This document shows, in pieces, positions 16,543-25,979 of a DNA stretch of 64,000 nt. Positions within the stretch are counted from its first letter, which is position 1; each line of letters opens with the position of its first letter. Position numbers and translations under genes: made by a program. The stretch spans positions 5,603 to 69,602 of the forward strand of contig JAXDKT010000161.1 in NCBI GenBank assembly GCA_034666965.1. Reading direction: 5' to 3'. The DNA is from Chloroflexota bacterium. GTDB taxonomy: Bacteria; Chloroflexota; Limnocylindria; Limnocylindrales; CSP1-4. Below the pieces are notes generated by a model. It saw only the letters and a program-made list of their open reading frames with translations. It did not search any database and had not been told where the DNA came from.

Positions 16543-16650
16543 CTGGTCGGGTTGGTCGACGACGGACGCGATGGTCGCGCGGATCCGGGCGGGGGATGGA
16601 CTCAGGAGGGTCTCCGGCGGCGAGGTCGAGCGCGACGGCTCAACACGGAT

Positions 16651-16660
16651 TTATATAAAT
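16651..16660 (-). promoter_or_regulatory. AT-rich TTATATAAAT element immediately upstream of the ArsR-type ORF
   Basis: The only strongly AT-rich 10-mer in a roughly 70% GC region. It lies at the 5' edge of the open frame of the regulator. Candidate -10 for the regulator-pgsA-ino1-acyltransferase-PHP-pimA transcript. Confidence 0.3.
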
Positions 16661-16895
16661 CGCGGTTGATGCTATTGCGCGTGCCGCCGCCCTGTCAAGT
16701 CCGGGACGGGCCTCGACGATCGCCGCAAATCGACTAAACGCTTACCCAGCCCGTAGCGCACGAGAGAGGCTACGCGCTCACCGAGTTCGTCGTGTCTCGT
16801 TGGCCGGGACCTGCCTCCGGGGCCGGGTTATCTGGCCGTGGGGCGTTTGCGAACGCAACGATGAGGCTCTTGCCTCCGCCCATGGCTGCGCAGCC

Positions 16896-17678
16896 TCACA
16901 TCCGGGATCTCAGCACGGCGACCTCGGGCATCTCCTCGAGCGGGCCGAAGCCGTGCTCGGCCAGCCAGCGAACCGCCACCAGGCTTCGCCACGACCACCA
17001 CGCGCGGATGAGGTCGCGGTCGACGTCGGTACCGTAGCCGGCGACGACGGCGCCAAGGTGCTCCTCGTGTGCGAGCGTAAGGGTGGCGAGGTCGTACAGG
17101 GCGTCGCCCTGGGACGCCTCGGACCAGTCGAGTACGCCGGTGACCTCATCACCGTCGACGAAGACGTGGGTGATCTGCAGGTCGCCGTGGATGAACACGG
17201 GTGTCCACGGCCGGAGCGCGGCCTCGGCGATACGGCGGTTGCGCGTGACCACGCCGGTGGGAAGGACGTCGTTGGCGACGAGCCAGTCGCATTCGCGGTC
17301 GAGACGCGATGCCAACTCGTCGAGGCTCCGACCGGGCCATGGCGGCAGCGGCGCGTCGTGCAGCAGCCGTGCGGCGGCACCCGCCGCGGCCCACGCCGCC
17401 GGGGACGCGGTGGACGGTTCCTGGAGGCGGCCGAGCGCCGTCCCCGGGAGGGCGGCGAGCGCGAGCACGGGCGGCTTCCGCCACAGGACCTGCGGGGTCG
17501 GGATCGGGGCCATCGCCATCGCCTCGACCTCGACGTCGGTGCGCGTCTGATCAGCGTCGATCTTCAGGAACACGTCGCCGACGCGCAGCGTCGCGCGCTC
17601 GCGATGGGCGACGACGACCTCGACCTCCTCCACGTCGGCCATTATCACGGGGTAATCGGTCGCGGTTCCATTCCCCAA
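16896..17678 (-). CDS. aminoglycoside-phosphotransferase (APH)/choline-kinase-fold small-molecule kinase
   Basis: Brenner motif HGDLQITHVFVD and DFG-like VLDWSEASQGDALYDLA. The substrate cannot be called from sequence. Confidence 0.65.
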   Translation of the reverse strand: MGNGTATDYPVIMADVEEVEVVVAHRERATLRVGDVFLKIDADQTRTDVEVEAMAMAPIPTPQVLWRKPPVLALAALPGTALGRLQEPSTASPAAWAAAGAAARLLHDAPLPPWPGRSLDELASRLDRECDWLVANDVLPTGVVTRNRRIAEAALRPWTPVFIHGDLQITHVFVDGDEVTGVLDWSEASQGDALYDLATLTLAHEEHLGAVVAGYGTDVDRDLIRAWWSWRSLVAVRWLAEHGFGPLEEMPEVAVLRSRM

Positions 17679-17818
17679 ACTCGGGGAACGAGGTGGCGGG
17701 TCGAGGGCCCCGGCAGCCGACCCGGGCGGGGGCTGAGCAAGTCACGCATGGCTCGGGGTGTGACGGCGGGTCGTCCGGGCGGACCGGGGACCGACCGGGA
17801 CCGGGCTACACTCGGGTC

Positions 17819-19522
17819 GTGAGTCGCGGGTCGTCGCTGGTGCTGCTCGCCGTGCTCGGGGCCGGGGTCTTCCTGGCCGGGCTCGAGCTGATGATCACCG
17901 CGGTCGCCCTGCCCTCGATCGTCGTCGACCTGGCGGACTGGACCCAGCTCCGGCGTGCGTCCTGGATCGTCAACGGCTACCTGCTGGTCTACGTCATGAC
18001 CATGCCCCTGGCTGGTCGACTGGCCGATCTCCTGGGCGGGCGCAGGGTGTTCATGGCCGCCCTCGTAGCGTTCACCCTCGGATCGGCCCTGGCCGGTGCC
18101 GCCCAGAGTCTCGATCAGCTCATCGCCGCGCGTCTCGTCCAGGCGCTCGGTGGCGGCACGCTGGTGCCGGTCGGGACGGCTGCCGCCGCCCATCTGTTCG
18201 GCGGTCGAGCCAGACCGCGGGCGCTGGGTGCGATCGGGGCCCTCACCTTCCTGGGCATGGCCGCCGGGCCGTTCCTCGGGGCCGCGTTGTTGGGCACGAT
18301 CCACGCCGAATCGGCGCTCGCCTCGGCCGGCATCACCGGCGGCGGCCCGCTCGCCTTCCTGGCGCCCGCCTGGCGCTGGGTGTTCTATGTCAACGTGCCG
18401 ATCGGCATCGTCGCCGTGGCGTTCGCCTGGGCCGCCAGCGCCGGTTGGGAGACGCCCCGCCGCGCGACCCGCCTGGACCTCCTCGGAGCGCTGGCATTCA
18501 CGGTGGGGCTGGGAGCCGCGCTGGTCGGACTGACCCTGGTGGGCAGCCGCTCGGACGCGACGATCCTCGGTCTCGGGCCGGCGACCGTGAGCGCGATCCT
18601 GCTGGCCGTGGCAGTCGGGGGCCTGACCCTGACGGTGATCGACGGTCTGCTGCGCGACGCGCCCTTCCTCGACGTCCGCCTGTTCCGCCGGCGGGAGTTC
18701 GCCTCGGCCGCGCTCGTCTCGCTGTTGACCGGCTACGGCTTTGCCACCGCGATCGTGGGGGCGGCCGTGTTCGTCGACCGGGTCCTGTACGGCGGGCCGC
18801 CCGAGCAGCAGGTCGTCCTCGGCTCGCTGGCCGCGGCCACCGCCGTCGGCGCCCTCGTGTCGGGTTTCGCGGTCCGCCGCCTGTCCCTCCGGCTGGTGAC
18901 CCTGCTCGGGTTGATCGCGAGCACGGCGGGGCTGGCCGCGATGGCCGGCTGGACGCCGTCGACGACGATCGCCACGGCCAGCGCGGCCGCTGCGCTCTTC
19001 GGGCTCGGCTTCGGCTTGACCGTGACACCGCGTTCGATCGCGGCCATCGAGACGGCCGGCGCGGCGGCCTTCGGGATGGCCTCGGCGACGGTCACGGTCG
19101 CGCGGATGATCGGGATGGCGATCGGGCTGGCCGTGCTGACGGCGTACGGCTCCACCACCATCGATCGCCTGACCGCCCAGATCTACGCCACGCCCGAGGC
19201 CTACCAGTCGGTCCTGCCACCCGAGCTCGTCGGCCGCCCCTTCCGGGACGGCCTGGTCGTAGCCGCGCTCGAGCGCTGGGCCTCGGGCGAGGCCGCCCGG
19301 ATCATGGTCGGTCTGTTTCTGTCCGCCGCCATCGTCACCGCCCTGGCGGCCATCCCGGCACTCGCCCTGGGGACCCGGCGGGCGCGTATGCTGGCGGGCG
19401 GTGCGGACGCCAGCGAGGCCGAAGACACCGTCGATCGCGGCAACCTTCGGCGAGACCCGCAGCGCGGAGGCGACCGATCCCCCGATGGTTCAGACGAGCC
19501 CGCGACCACCCTCGCGCTCTGA
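17819..19522 (+). CDS. MFS transporter, 14-TMS DHA2-type drug:H+ antiporter family
   Basis: GTG start at 17819; the upstream part of the track ORF overlaps the APH gene. Motif-A-like GRLADLLGGRRV. 14 hydrophobic segments. Confidence 0.8.
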   Translation: MSRGSSLVLLAVLGAGVFLAGLELMITAVALPSIVVDLADWTQLRRASWIVNGYLLVYVMTMPLAGRLADLLGGRRVFMAALVAFTLGSALAGAAQSLDQLIAARLVQALGGGTLVPVGTAAAAHLFGGRARPRALGAIGALTFLGMAAGPFLGAALLGTIHAESALASAGITGGGPLAFLAPAWRWVFYVNVPIGIVAVAFAWAASAGWETPRRATRLDLLGALAFTVGLGAALVGLTLVGSRSDATILGLGPATVSAILLAVAVGGLTLTVIDGLLRDAPFLDVRLFRRREFASAALVSLLTGYGFATAIVGAAVFVDRVLYGGPPEQQVVLGSLAAATAVGALVSGFAVRRLSLRLVTLLGLIASTAGLAAMAGWTPSTTIATASAAAALFGLGFGLTVTPRSIAAIETAGAAAFGMASATVTVARMIGMAIGLAVLTAYGSTTIDRLTAQIYATPEAYQSVLPPELVGRPFRDGLVVAALERWASGEAARIMVGLFLSAAIVTALAAIPALALGTRRARMLAGGADASEAEDTVDRGNLRRDPQRGGDRSPDGSDEPATTLAL

Positions 19523-19538
19523 GAAGTCCAGCCCAACC

Positions 19539-20516
19539 GTGACCGCGGCGGATAGCGCCATCCGGGTCGCCGTGCGGACGGCGGGGGGCCTGGTCGAGTC
19601 GACCGGGCTCGAGGCGGTCCCCAAGGTCCCGCTGCCGAAGGGCACGACGGCCTGGATCGACGTCAGCGAGCCGTCAGCCGATCAGGTCGCCGCGATCACG
19701 GGGCTGCTCGGGCTTCACGAGCTCATCGCCGAGGACATCCTCGAGGGCAACCAGCGGGCCAAGATCGAGGTCACCGCCGATCGCATTCACATCGTCATGT
19801 TCGCCCTGACCTACGGCGATCCGATCCAGCCGAGCGAGATCGACATGGTCCTCGGCGACGGCTTCCTGCTGACCGTCCACGGGGCCGCATGGGATCCTCG
19901 ATCGACCCACCACCTTCGCGGCGACGGCCTTGCCAACGTGATGGCGCGGGGCCCCGACCATCTCCTGTGGGCGATCTGCGACGACCTCGTCGACGGCTAC
20001 TTCCCGCTGATGGACAAGCTCGGGGACGAGATCGACCTGCTCCAGGACGCGGTCATCGCCAATGCCTCGCCGCAGACCCTCGAGCGGCTGTTCGAGCTCA
20101 AGCGCGAACTGGTCGCGATCCGCCGCGCCGCCGCGCCCGTGCGCGAGATCTTCAACCAGCTGACCAACCGCGATCTGGCCCTGGTCGACACCGAGGAGAT
20201 CATCTACTTCCGGGACGTCTACGACCATCTCATCCGCCTGACCGACGAGCTGGACACGTACCGGGAGTTGGTCAGCGGCACCCTCGACGTGTACCTCTCG
20301 ACGGTCAACAACAACCTGTCGCTGATCATGAAGCGGCTGACCGGTGTGACCGTGGTCCTGACCGGGATCGCCGCGATCGCCGGCATCTTCGGGATGAGCG
20401 AAGCCGGCGCCGCGTTCACTGGCGCCGAGGCGCTCGGATTCTGGGTCATCACCGCGGTGACAATCGGCCTGGCCTTCCTGATGGCCTTCGTCCTGCGCCG
20501 GATCGGCTGGATCTAG
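19539..20516 (+). CDS. corA: CorA-family divalent cation (Mg2+/Co2+) transporter
   Basis: Cytoplasmic N-domain (WIDVSEPSADQVAAITGLLGLHELIAEDIL) and two C-terminal TM helices with FGMSEAG in the GMN position. Start set to GTG 19539 just after the MFS stop; ATG 19482 is an alternative. Confidence 0.7.
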   Translation: MTAADSAIRVAVRTAGGLVESTGLEAVPKVPLPKGTTAWIDVSEPSADQVAAITGLLGLHELIAEDILEGNQRAKIEVTADRIHIVMFALTYGDPIQPSEIDMVLGDGFLLTVHGAAWDPRSTHHLRGDGLANVMARGPDHLLWAICDDLVDGYFPLMDKLGDEIDLLQDAVIANASPQTLERLFELKRELVAIRRAAAPVREIFNQLTNRDLALVDTEEIIYFRDVYDHLIRLTDELDTYRELVSGTLDVYLSTVNNNLSLIMKRLTGVTVVLTGIAAIAGIFGMSEAGAAFTGAEALGFWVITAVTIGLAFLMAFVLRRIGWI

Positions 20517-20558
20517 CCCGACCCTTCCGGGCTCAGCCGGGCGGATCGCCGGCGGCGG

Positions 20559-21266
20559 TCAATGGCAGGAGACGGGGCTCGCCTTGGGGTGGGCCGCCTT
20601 GTGGCTGGTCGGCCCGTGGCTGAGCGGCAGGGCCACGACCTGGGTCTTCTCCAGGGTGCCGACCGGCCCCTCGGAGGTCTGTAGCCAGAGCGACTCGCGC
20701 GTCTCGGCAAAGGCGCCGTCGAAGGTCGTGACGTGGCGGCGCACCTCGACGACCTCGTACAGGTAGAGCTGGTCGTCGGCGGTGTAGACCTGGATGATCA
20801 TGCCCACCATCCGCCGGCCGTTGTTGACCTTGGAGGCCTCGAGGATCGGCAGGAACATCCCCGTCCTGGCGTGGGCGTACAGGTAGGTCGGCCCGGCCTG
20901 CCCGGGCTGGTGGAAGAGCTGGTGGTACATGGCCACGTTGCACGGCGGGAACGTGTCCGCGCCGCCCGGCTGGCGGATGACCGGCAGGTCGATGCCGAGG
21001 GCCGGGACGACCACCCGCGTGGCGACGGCCGGGCTGGCTGGCGAGCCGCTCGAGCTGGCGCTCGGGCTGGCCAGTGGCGGGAAGGACAGCAGCGCGCTGG
21101 GCTCCGGGCTGTCCGAGGGCTCGATCGCGACGGGATCCGAGGCCGTCGCGACGGCGTCCGCGGGGATCGTGTAGGTCAGTAGTCCAGCCGCGATGAGTGA
21201 CACGCCGACGGCCGCCAGCAATGCGGGGAGGAGGCGGTCCCGGACATGATCGACGGCGGTGCGCAT
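20559..21266 (-). CDS. signal-anchored sortase-fold protein lacking the catalytic Cys (Ser in TLxTC position)
   Basis: N-terminal TM segment. VVPALGIDLPVIRQ resembles the sortase beta1 'IPxIGvdxPV' region. PGQAGPTYLYAHART resembles 'PGxxGNxVIAGHR' (catalytic His). SLWLQTSEGP sits where TLxTC is expected. Assignment is tentative. Confidence 0.4.
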   Translation of the reverse strand: MRTAVDHVRDRLLPALLAAVGVSLIAAGLLTYTIPADAVATASDPVAIEPSDSPEPSALLSFPPLASPSASSSGSPASPAVATRVVVPALGIDLPVIRQPGGADTFPPCNVAMYHQLFHQPGQAGPTYLYAHARTGMFLPILEASKVNNGRRMVGMIIQVYTADDQLYLYEVVEVRRHVTTFDGAFAETRESLWLQTSEGPVGTLEKTQVVALPLSHGPTSHKAAHPKASPVSCH

Positions 21267-21334
21267 GGGGGCGCCATGCTAGCCGGTCAAGGGTGCCCCC
21301 GCCCCCGGGAGCTTCGTACTGGTACCCTCCCGCC

Positions 21335-22000
21335 ATGTCGCCACGCGTCGCCGTCCTGCTCGGGTTGCTCGGCGGTGTCGCGGCGGCGGCACTGGTCCTG
21401 GGTGCCATCTTCGCCCTCGCGCCCGAGCCGGCCCGCCCGAGCTCGACAGCAGTCGCCAGCCAGTCGCCCTCGCCCGAGCCCTTGGCCTCCCCGGCGCCTC
21501 CGTCGCCGTCGCCCTCGCCCGAGCTCTCGCCCTCGCCCGTGCCGTCCGGGCCCGCCGCGGCGTTTGGCGTCGGTCTGCCGGCGCCGGACCTGCGGGTAAC
21601 CCGGGTCGGTGGCGGGACGATCGATCTCGCTGAGCTCCGCGGCAAGCCGGTCTGGGTCAACTTCATGCAGACGACCTGTCCGCCGTGCATCGACGAGTTC
21701 CCGCTGATGAACGGCTTCGCCGAGCGCTACGCCAGCACCGGGCTGATCGTCGTCGCGGTCGACGTCAAGGAAGACGAATCGGTGGTCCTGGCGTTTGCGG
21801 AAGGGCTGAACGCGACCTTCCCGGTGGGGCTCGACGGCGATGGCACGGCCCAGCGAGCGTGGGGCGCGATCGCCCTGCCAGTCCACTTCTGGGTCGATGC
21901 CGGCGGGGTCGTCCGGTCGGGCGCCCTGGGCGGAATCGGCCCCGATCTGATGGCCAGCAGCCTCCAGAAGATTCTGCCCGGGACCACCGTCAGGCCGTGA
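21335..22000 (+). CDS. TlpA/ResA-like membrane-anchored thiol-disulfide oxidoreductase (thioredoxin fold)
   Basis: ATG 21335. TM anchor, Pro/Ser-rich linker, WVNFMQTTCPPCIDEFP (CxxC active site). Confidence 0.75.
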   Translation: MSPRVAVLLGLLGGVAAAALVLGAIFALAPEPARPSSTAVASQSPSPEPLASPAPPSPSPSPELSPSPVPSGPAAAFGVGLPAPDLRVTRVGGGTIDLAELRGKPVWVNFMQTTCPPCIDEFPLMNGFAERYASTGLIVVAVDVKEDESVVLAFAEGLNATFPVGLDGDGTAQRAWGAIALPVHFWVDAGGVVRSGALGGIGPDLMASSLQKILPGTTVRP

Positions 22001-22941
22001 CCCTCCGGCCGGACCGGCCGCCGTCCCAGCTGCCGGCCATCGACGGGTGGCCCTTGGTCCGGCGCCGGCTGGTCGAGCTGGCGGCGGTCCCCGGACGGCT
22101 GCTCGTCGTGACCGACTTCGATGGGACGCTCGCGCCCATCGCCCTCGACCCGATGGCGGTCCGGATCGAGCCGCGCGGTCGGTTGGCCCTCCGTCATCTG
22201 GCCAGCCTCGCCGCGACGCAACCGGAGCGACTCAAGGTGGTCGTGCTCAGCGGCCGGACCGCGCACGACGTGGCGACGCGGGTCCGCGTGGGCGGGGTCG
22301 AATACCACGGGGATCATGGCATCCAGGCCGGCTACCTGCCCCGCGGGGTACCGGCCGAGCGGCTGGTGGCGAGCTCGGATCCGGCGCTCGCTCGACTGGT
22401 CGACGACGCCCGAGCGCTCGGCGTCGCGGTGGCGACCGCGCTCGGTCGGCCCGACTGGCTGTTCGTCGAGGACAAGGGCCCATCGGTCGCGTTCCACTTC
22501 CGGGCGGCCCGGGACCCGGCCGTCGCGGGGGGCCTGGTCGAGTCAGCGGTCGAGGCCGCCCTGGCCCGCCAGAAGGACCGCGATGGACAGTCGGTCTTTG
22601 CCCGGTTCGATGGCCGGCGGATCGTCGAGCTCCGTCCGGAGGGCGCGGGTGGCAAGGGCGCCACCCTGAGCCGCCTCCTCGCCGTGGGCGAATTCGACGC
22701 GGCCATCGTCCTGGGCGACGACCGCAGCGATGCCGAGGCGTTCGCCGTGCTCGCCGCCGCGCGCGCCGAGGGCCGCCTGGCGGCGAGCCTGGCGCTGGCG
22801 GTCCATGGCGCCGCCGAGACGCCGGCCGAGGTGGTGGCCGCCGCCGATCTGATGGTCGACGGGCCGCGTCAGGCGTCGCGTGCGCTGGCGACGCTGGCCC
22901 GGGCCATCGACGGCCCGTCACGGGCCAGGAGCCGGGACTAG
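21997..22941 (+). CDS. HAD-IIB trehalose-6-phosphate phosphatase-like hydrolase (OtsB family)
   Basis: GTG 21997 overlaps the TlpA stop (GTGA). LLVVTDFDGTLAPIA (motif I), VVVLSGRTA (motif II), LGDDRSDAEAF (motif IV). Confidence 0.7.
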   Translation: MTLRPDRPPSQLPAIDGWPLVRRRLVELAAVPGRLLVVTDFDGTLAPIALDPMAVRIEPRGRLALRHLASLAATQPERLKVVVLSGRTAHDVATRVRVGGVEYHGDHGIQAGYLPRGVPAERLVASSDPALARLVDDARALGVAVATALGRPDWLFVEDKGPSVAFHFRAARDPAVAGGLVESAVEAALARQKDRDGQSVFARFDGRRIVELRPEGAGGKGATLSRLLAVGEFDAAIVLGDDRSDAEAFAVLAAARAEGRLAASLALAVHGAAETPAEVVAAADLMVDGPRQASRALATLARAIDGPSRARSRD

Positions 22942-24407
22942 GAGACGAGTGCCCTGGCGGCGTCCTCGACCACGCGCACGAGGGGGCCGGGGTAGAGCCC
23001 CAGCAGGACGGTCAGGATCGCGGTCCCGGCCAGGCCCAGTCGGAGCAGGCCGCTCTTCTCGACCGCGGGCACGTCCTTGCCCTCGCGCATGTACATGTAG
23101 ACCACGACGCGCAGGTAGTAGAACGCAGCGACCGCGGCGTTGAGCACCAAGATGACCGCCAGGATCCCGGCCGGGCCGCCAGCCTCGACGGCGGCCAGGA
23201 CCACGTAGGCCTTGGCCAGGAACCCGGCCGTCGGCGGGATGCCCGTCAGCGACAGCAGGAAGAGGGTCATCAGGAGCGCCAGGGCCGGCTCGCGCCGGCC
23301 CAGACCCGCGAACGTCTCGATCGCGCTCGACACGCCCCGCCGGCGCTGGAGCGCGGCGACCACGGCGAACGCGCCCAGGTTCATGAAGCTGTAGGCGGCG
23401 CCGTAGTAGAGCAGGCCCTCGAGCCCGGCAATGCTCGAGTGGGGGCTGGCCCAGGCGGCCAGTCCCACGAGCATGTAGCCGGTATGCGCGATCGACGAGT
23501 AGGCCAGCATGCGCTTGACGTTGTCCTGGCTGATCGCGACGAGGTTGCCGAGCGTCATGGTGACCGTGGCCAGGACCACGATGACCATCAGCCAGTCCTC
23601 GCGAAGCGGCCCCAGGGCGCCAACGAACAGGCGCAGGATGAGCGCAAACGCACCGATCTTGGGCCCGACCGACAGATAGCCGGTCACCGGGGTGGGCGAG
23701 CCCTGGTACGCGTCCGGGGTCCAGTAATGGAACGGCACGGCGGCGATCTTGAAGGCCACGCCGGTTGTCAGGAAGGCCAGGCCCATGGCCAGCCCCGCCG
23801 ACAGCGGGGCGGTTCCGGCCACGATCTTGCCCAGCTCGGTCGCCACGACGTCAACCCGGGTCGAGCCGGTCAGGCCCCATATGAAGGCGAGGCCGAACAG
23901 GAAGATGGCTGAGCTGAACGAGCCCAACAGGAAGTACTTGATGGCACCCTCGGTCGACAACGCGTCGCGCTTGGCGAAGCCGGCCAGCAGATAGCCCGGC
24001 AGGACCATCAGCTCGAGACCCAGGAACAGCACCAGGAGGTCAGCCGCGGCCGAGATGAGGAGGGCCCCGCTCATGGCGAAGATGAGCACCGCCGCGAACT
24101 CGGCCAGGGGCAGGTCGCGCGCCGCGAGATAGTCCTTGGCGAAGACGATCGTCAACGCGACGACGGCCACGAAGAGCAGATCCAGGAATGTGGTCAGGGC
24201 GTCGAGCCGATAGGACCCTCCGAATGCCTCGCCCGGGGTCGCTCCGGTGATCAGGGTCACGATCGCCACCCCGGCCAGCCCGGCGAGGCTGATCGCAAGC
24301 GTCGCCCGGCGCGACCCCGGCACGATCAGGTCGACCACGATCAGCGCACCGGCGACGAGGACCGCCGCTACGAACGGCGCGATCGTGGTCAGGTCCTGGA
24401 CGGTCAT
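22938..24407 (-). CDS. nuoN: NADH-quinone oxidoreductase subunit N
   Basis: 14-TM antiporter-like subunit. Last gene of the nuo operon. Confidence 0.9.
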   Translation of the reverse strand: MTVQDLTTIAPFVAAVLVAGALIVVDLIVPGSRRATLAISLAGLAGVAIVTLITGATPGEAFGGSYRLDALTTFLDLLFVAVVALTIVFAKDYLAARDLPLAEFAAVLIFAMSGALLISAAADLLVLFLGLELMVLPGYLLAGFAKRDALSTEGAIKYFLLGSFSSAIFLFGLAFIWGLTGSTRVDVVATELGKIVAGTAPLSAGLAMGLAFLTTGVAFKIAAVPFHYWTPDAYQGSPTPVTGYLSVGPKIGAFALILRLFVGALGPLREDWLMVIVVLATVTMTLGNLVAISQDNVKRMLAYSSIAHTGYMLVGLAAWASPHSSIAGLEGLLYYGAAYSFMNLGAFAVVAALQRRRGVSSAIETFAGLGRREPALALLMTLFLLSLTGIPPTAGFLAKAYVVLAAVEAGGPAGILAVILVLNAAVAAFYYLRVVVYMYMREGKDVPAVEKSGLLRLGLAGTAILTVLLGLYPGPLVRVVEDAARALVS

Positions 24408-24422
24408 GGTCGGTGGGCTCCC

Positions 24423-25979
24423 TTACCGGACCAGCACGTGGAATGCGGCCACGGTGCCGCCCTGGACGCTCTCGAGGACGGTCGTCACCGACGTCTGGAC
24501 CAGGTTCAGGATGAGACCGGGGAACAGTCCGAAGACGACGATCAGGGCCCCCAGCGGGGCGAGGGTGAGCAGCTCGACCGGACGGATGTCGGTCAGGTGG
24601 CCGCCCAGCCCCGTCAGGAACTCCGACAGCTCGCCGGTGAACAGCCGCTGGAACATCCACAGCAGGTACGCGGCGGCCAGGATCATGCACGAGGTCGCGA
24701 CCGCGGCCACGTAGGGGTTGGCCGTGAAGGCGCCGACCAGGACGAGGAACTCGCCGACGAAGCCGGACAGGCCGGGCAGGCCCACGCTCGCGAACACGAA
24801 GAAGCCGAACGCCGCGGCATAGACCGGGGTCCGGCCCGCCAGGCCGCCGAGCTTGGCGATCGTCCGGTCGTGGGTTCGCTCGTAGATCACCCCGACCAGC
24901 AGGAACAGGGCCCCGGTGATCAGTCCGTGGTTGACCATCTGCAGGATCGCGCCCTGCATGCCCTGCTCCTGAAACACGAAGATCCCCAGGGTCACGAAGC
25001 CCATGTGGCTGACCGACGAATAGGCGATGAGCTTCTTGAGGTCCGGCTGGACCAGGGCCACGATCGCGCCGTAGATGATCGCGATGAGGCTGAGCACGAT
25101 GATCCACGGCGCAAAGGTCCGGGCCGCATCCGGGAACAGCGGCAGCGCGAACCGGATGAAGCCGTAGGCGCCGAGCTTGAGCATGATCGCGGCGAGGATC
25201 ACCGAGCCCGCCGTGGGAGCCTCGACGTGGGCATCCGGCAGCCAGGTGTGGAACGGGAACATCGGGACCTTGATGGCGAAGGCCAGGAAGAAGGCCAGGA
25301 AGGCGAACAGCTGGAGGCCGTTGGCGAAGCCGACGGTCCCGGCGAACGTCCGCAGCGACTCGAAGTCAAAGGCATTGGTCCACGAGCCAGTCGCGGCCTG
25401 GTAGGTGTAGGCGGTGGCCAGGATGGCGACCAGCATCAGGAGCGAGCCGACCAGCGTGTAGAGCACGAACTTGATGGTCGCGTAGATCCGGTTCGATCCG
25501 CCCCAGATCCCGATGATCAGGTACATCGGGACGAGGACGACCTCCCAGAACACGTAGAACAGGAACAGATCGAGGGCCACGAACACGCCGATCAGCCCGA
25601 CCTCGAGGATGAGGAACGAGATCATGTATTCCTTGAGGCGCTCCTTGATCGGGCCGAACGAAGCCAGGATGCTGATCCACGACAGGGTCGTGGTCAGGAC
25701 CACCAGGACCGCGCCCAGCCCGTCGACCCCGACCTTGTACTGGACTCCGAAGACGGGGATCCAGTCAACCCGCTCGACATACGAGAAGCCGCTCGCCAGG
25801 GGGTCGAACCCGATCAGCATCAGCAGCGACAGCCCGAACGACACGAAGGCCGCGCCCAGGGCGGTCCAGCGCACGGCGCGTTCGTTGCCCTTGGGGATGA
25901 ACGCGATGATCAGCGCCCCCACGAGGGGGACGAACGTGACCAGGCTGAGCAGCGGCAGGCTCGACCCCTCGACGATCAT
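24423..25979 (-). CDS. nuoM: NADH-quinone oxidoreductase subunit M
   Basis: Track ORF trimmed to ATG 25979 (MIVEGSSLPLLSL...). The ATGA overlap matches the nuoL stop. Confidence 0.9.
   Translation of the reverse strand: MIVEGSSLPLLSLVTFVPLVGALIIAFIPKGNERAVRWTALGAAFVSFGLSLLMLIGFDPLASGFSYVERVDWIPVFGVQYKVGVDGLGAVLVVLTTTLSWISILASFGPIKERLKEYMISFLILEVGLIGVFVALDLFLFYVFWEVVLVPMYLIIGIWGGSNRIYATIKFVLYTLVGSLLMLVAILATAYTYQAATGSWTNAFDFESLRTFAGTVGFANGLQLFAFLAFFLAFAIKVPMFPFHTWLPDAHVEAPTAGSVILAAIMLKLGAYGFIRFALPLFPDAARTFAPWIIVLSLIAIIYGAIVALVQPDLKKLIAYSSVSHMGFVTLGIFVFQEQGMQGAILQMVNHGLITGALFLLVGVIYERTHDRTIAKLGGLAGRTPVYAAAFGFFVFASVGLPGLSGFVGEFLVLVGAFTANPYVAAVATSCMILAAAYLLWMFQRLFTGELSEFLTGLGGHLTDIRPVELLTLAPLGALIVVFGLFPGLILNLVQTSVTTVLESVQGGTVAAFHVLVR

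Noticed and set aside
16896-17678. Annotating the APH-fold kinase as an aminoglycoside-resistance gene
   Set aside because: The APH/choline-kinase fold is shared by many housekeeping small-molecule kinases. There are no resistance-island features such as mobile elements or atypical GC, so only the fold-level call is justified.
20533-21690. The 385-aa ORF as the gene at this locus
   Set aside because: Its Gly/Arg/Pro-rich translation has no motifs. The overlapping 20559..21266 frame gives a hydrophobic anchor plus a globular, motif-bearing sequence, so that frame was preferred.
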